A stretch of DNA of 64,000 bases, taken from assembly GCF_964355755.1 (NCBI RefSeq), contig NC_092671.1, forward strand, positions 37,954,304-38,018,303. The letters are read 5' to 3'. The stretch comes from Antedon mediterranea (lineage: Eukaryota > Animalia > Echinodermata). Shown here piece after piece: positions 60,823-64,000 of this stretch. The notes under the pieces are model-generated. The model was not told the DNA's origin and searched no databases. It saw only the letters and a list, made by a program, of their open reading frames with translations. The translations under genes and the position numbers were made by a program. Numbering within the stretch: position 1 is the first letter of the stretch; each line of letters opens with the position of its first letter.

Positions 60823-61879
60823 GGGTATTGCTAAACACCGCAAACCCCGCAAACCCCCGCAAACCTCCAAAAAAACATAGCAAACCCCACCGAACCAACA
60901 TAAAAGTGATTGAATCATGTAGTGTACAACCCACTGGGTATATCCATGTAATAAACAAATTAAATTTCTACTGTTAACAACTTATTTTTAGGGTAAAACA
61001 TCATTTTTTGGTAAAAAATGATTGCTAAACCCCGCAAACCTCCAAAAAACCATAGCAAACCCCACCGAACCAACATAAAAGTGATTTAATAATGTAGTGT
61101 ACGACCCACTGGGTATATAAATTATAAAATTTCTACTGTTAACTACTTTTTTGGGGGTAAAACATCATTTTTTTGTTAAATATTAGCAATCATTTTTGAC
61201 CAAAAAATGATGTTTTACCCCAAAAATAAGTAGTTAACAGTAGAAATTTAATTTTTTTTTTTTACATGGATATATCCAGTGGGTTGTACACTACATGATT
61301 CAATCACTTTTATGTTGGTTCGGTGGAGTTTGCTATATTTTTTTGGAGGTTTGCGGGGTTTAGCAATCATTTTTGACCAAAAAATGATGTTTTACCCCAA
61401 AAATAAGTAGTTAAAAGTAGAAATTTAATTTTTTTTAAACATGGATATACCTAGTGGATTGTACACTACATGATTCAATCACTTTTATGTTGGTTCGATG
61501 GGGTTTGCTATGTTTTTTGGAGGTTTGCGGGGGTTTGCGTGTGGCGCAGTGTGTTGGACGTTGGACTACCGATCGTTAGACCTAGGTTCGAATCCAACTC
61601 TCGCCGCATTGCTTGTATCCGTAGGCAAGATACTTTACCAATACGTTGCCTCTCTCCACCCAGGTGTATAAATGGGTACCCAGTTAGATCTAGACACAAC
61701 TTTGCGCTGGTTACCAGCTGCATTATGGGAGTATGTTTCCATACGTGTTTGATCCCAAAAAATACTGGGATAATAATCCTTGTAAAGCGCCTTTGAGCAT
61801 GATTACTCATGAAAAGGGCGCTATATAAATGTGGTATTATTATTATTATTTGCGGGGTTTGCGGTGTTTAGCAATACCC
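60823..61879. mobile_element. Foldback MITE with 8-bp TSD (Merlin/MULE-like)
   Basis: GGGTATTGCTAAACACCGC...GCGGTGTTTAGCAATACCC, TSD CTACCGGT; each arm has two ~170-bp subrepeats. Confidence 0.88.
61539..61850 (+). mobile_element. tRNA-derived CORE-like SINE with L2-type tail, inserted in the MITE's right arm
   Basis: A box TGGCGCAGT, B box GGTTCGAATCC, GGCAAGATACTT...CACCCAGGTGTATAAATGGG, GTAAAGCGC...GCGCTATATAAAT, (TAT)n. Confidence 0.85.
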
Positions 61880-62799
61880 CTACCGGTTGTGTTCCTGTTG
61901 GAGACATAGTGAGCCGAAGGTTGCACCTACTGGTTGTATCACTATTTGACATAGTGAGCCGGAGGTTGCGCCTACTGGTTGTATTACTATTTGAGACATA
62001 GGCCTACTCTAGCTATAACCACATTGTATCACTGATTAAAGAGAAGGGCTAACTAAACTATATATAAAAGCACTTTTAAATAAAAGCAGTTTTCAATCAT
62101 TTATTTTACTAGAAGACCATGGGATGGAGGCATTTTTATGCCATGGCAGATTATTTCCTAATTCCAACATTTGAAATGAATACAAACAGTAACACAGTAA
62201 CTAAACCACACATATTTATTTTAAAGGGTAAATATTAAATAAATTCCTTTTTATTCAACCTGAATGATACTAATATAATAGTCCTCATTCAGACTAGAGA
62301 ATAGTGCATAATTCAGTTTTATCTGCTATATACTGACTGTACATAACAGGTCTCCTTTGCAGAATAATTGTCTTGATTTTTGTTATCTTTCAGACTGATT
62401 CTCGGAGAAGAATGCCAAAGTAGAAGCGAGTTGCTTGAACAACAAATAAAAAATAAATAAACGTTTGAATAGATGTACTTCTAAACAATTAATTAAACAC
62501 GGTAGGGTATGTGGGACATAAGACCTTAGCAAGGTAACGTCCTTTCCCCATTAGATGATAAATGAAGCATGTTATTAATATATCAAAACAATTAAAGTAA
62601 AAAGGCCCTGTATGTCTGAATATTGTGTTGAATTGCCTTTTATTCTAGATCCTAGTTTAACATCATAACATACTGTACAGTAGTCTGATGAGAGTTTTAA
62701 CTTGTTTTGTTGCAACCCTGAATTCCTATTACAATACTGTAGCATAATGCTATGTAGCATTTCCCTGCTAACATGTAATTTGCTCACTAGTTTGCATAG

Positions 62800-63200
62800 T
62801 ATTAGTGTAGCATTCACCCACTAGCATTCGAATGCTAGTGTAGCATTCACCCACTAGCATTCGAATGCTAGTGAGCATTCACCCACTACCATTCGAATGC
62901 TAGTGTAGCATTCACCCACTACCATTCGAATGCTAGTGTAGCATTCACCCACTAGCATTCGAATGCTAGTCACCTACCATTCGCATGCTTAGCTCATTTA
63001 AATAATTCGGCTCCCTGGAAGGCTTAGTGAAGGCTTAGCGAAGCCTTAGCGAATGCTTAGCGAAGCCTTAGCGAATGCTAAATTCAGTCATGTGAATGCT
63101 TATATACCACTAGTATTCGAAGTATTCGAAGTACTATAGCCCTTCGAATGCCAATAATAGCATTCCAGGAGTAGCATTCGAATGCTTTGTGAATGGTAAG
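62800..63200. repeat. 33-bp palindrome-containing tandem repeat and related sub-repeats
   Basis: TAGCATTCACCCACTAGCATTCGAATGCTAGTG units followed by CTTAGCGAA repeats. Confidence 0.8.
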
Positions 63201-63364
63201 CGAAGGCATTCAGCTTTGGTAAGGGCATAGCTGAGCCGGAGGTTGCGACTACTGGTTATGTTACTGCTTGAAATACAGTTAGCCCGTGGTACACCCTGTG
63301 GTTGTGATACTGCTTTGCTGGTGGGTACACCTATTAGCCAGTGGTTACCCTGTTAGCCGGTACG

Positions 63365-63930
63365 TGGTTACGCCATTGCGCCATTGTTGGAGGTTACGTT
63401 GCTGTTGGAAGTTACACCATTGTTGGTGGTTACATTGCTGTTGGAGGTTACACCATTGTTGGTGGTTACGTTGCTGTTGGAGGTTACGCCATTGTTGGTG
63501 GTTACGTTGCTGTTAAAGGTTACGCCATTGTTGGTGGTTACATTGCTGTTGGAGGTTACGCCATTGTTGGTGGTTACATTGCTGTTGGAGGTTACGCCAT
63601 TGTTGGTGGTTACATTGCTGTTGGAGGTGACGCCATTGTTGGGAGGTTACGCTGCTGTTGGAGTTGGAGGTTACGCCATTGTGGTGGTTAAGCTGTTGTT
63701 GGAGGTTACGCCGTTGTTGGTGGTTACGCTGCTGTTGGAGGTGACGCCATTGTTGGTGGATACGTTGCTGTTAGAGGTTACGCCATTGTTGGTGGTTACA
63801 TTGCTGTTGGAGGTTACGCTGCTGTTGGAGGTTACGCCATTGTTGGTGGTTACGCTGCTATTGGAGGTTACGCCATTGTGGTGGTTAAGCTGTTGTTGGA
63901 GGTTACGCCGTTTCTGTTTGTTACGCTGTT
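63365..63930. repeat. 36-bp (2 x 18) minisatellite
   Basis: GTTACGCCATTGTTGGTG/GTTACATTGCTGTTGGAG alternation. Confidence 0.9.
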
Positions 63931-64000
63931 GTTTCAAGTCCGGCGTAAGATCAACACTAATCTAATTAATTATTTTAATCGGTTGTCACTTATAATTTGG

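Noticed and set aside
63286-63965. Long repetitive ORFs in several frames
   Set aside because: They arise from a stop-free 18/36-bp minisatellite, with no splice or homology support

Overview
AT-rich eukaryotic (metazoan, probably marine invertebrate deuterostome) genomic DNA. 1-2.2 kb holds the last five coding exons of DIP2. 5.5-18.7 kb is a three-layer nest: a composite repeat, interrupted by a decayed L2/CR1-group LINE, itself interrupted by a young full-length Ty3/Gypsy element (8933-17197; 1.45-kb LTRs, ATAA TSD, tRNA-Leu PBS, one in-frame stop). 19-55 kb is a same-strand tandem cluster of two families of three-Ig-domain type I membrane protein genes in the order A1-B1-A2-B2-B3-A3(pseudo). 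Family A has a tiny start-codon exon plus one large exon and ends in a KxKxx ER-retrieval motif. Family B is intronless in the CDS, has a first Ig domain lacking the F-strand Cys, an Arg at the start of the TM helix, and a conserved ETS-IRF-like upstream element. Paralogs are mosaics of one another. The cluster is full of HINE/Helentron, MITE, foldback, SINE, solo-LTR and LINE insertions. The paired Ig cluster is the best candidate for an undescribed immune/recognition system. All coordinates were read by eye and no database searches were run.
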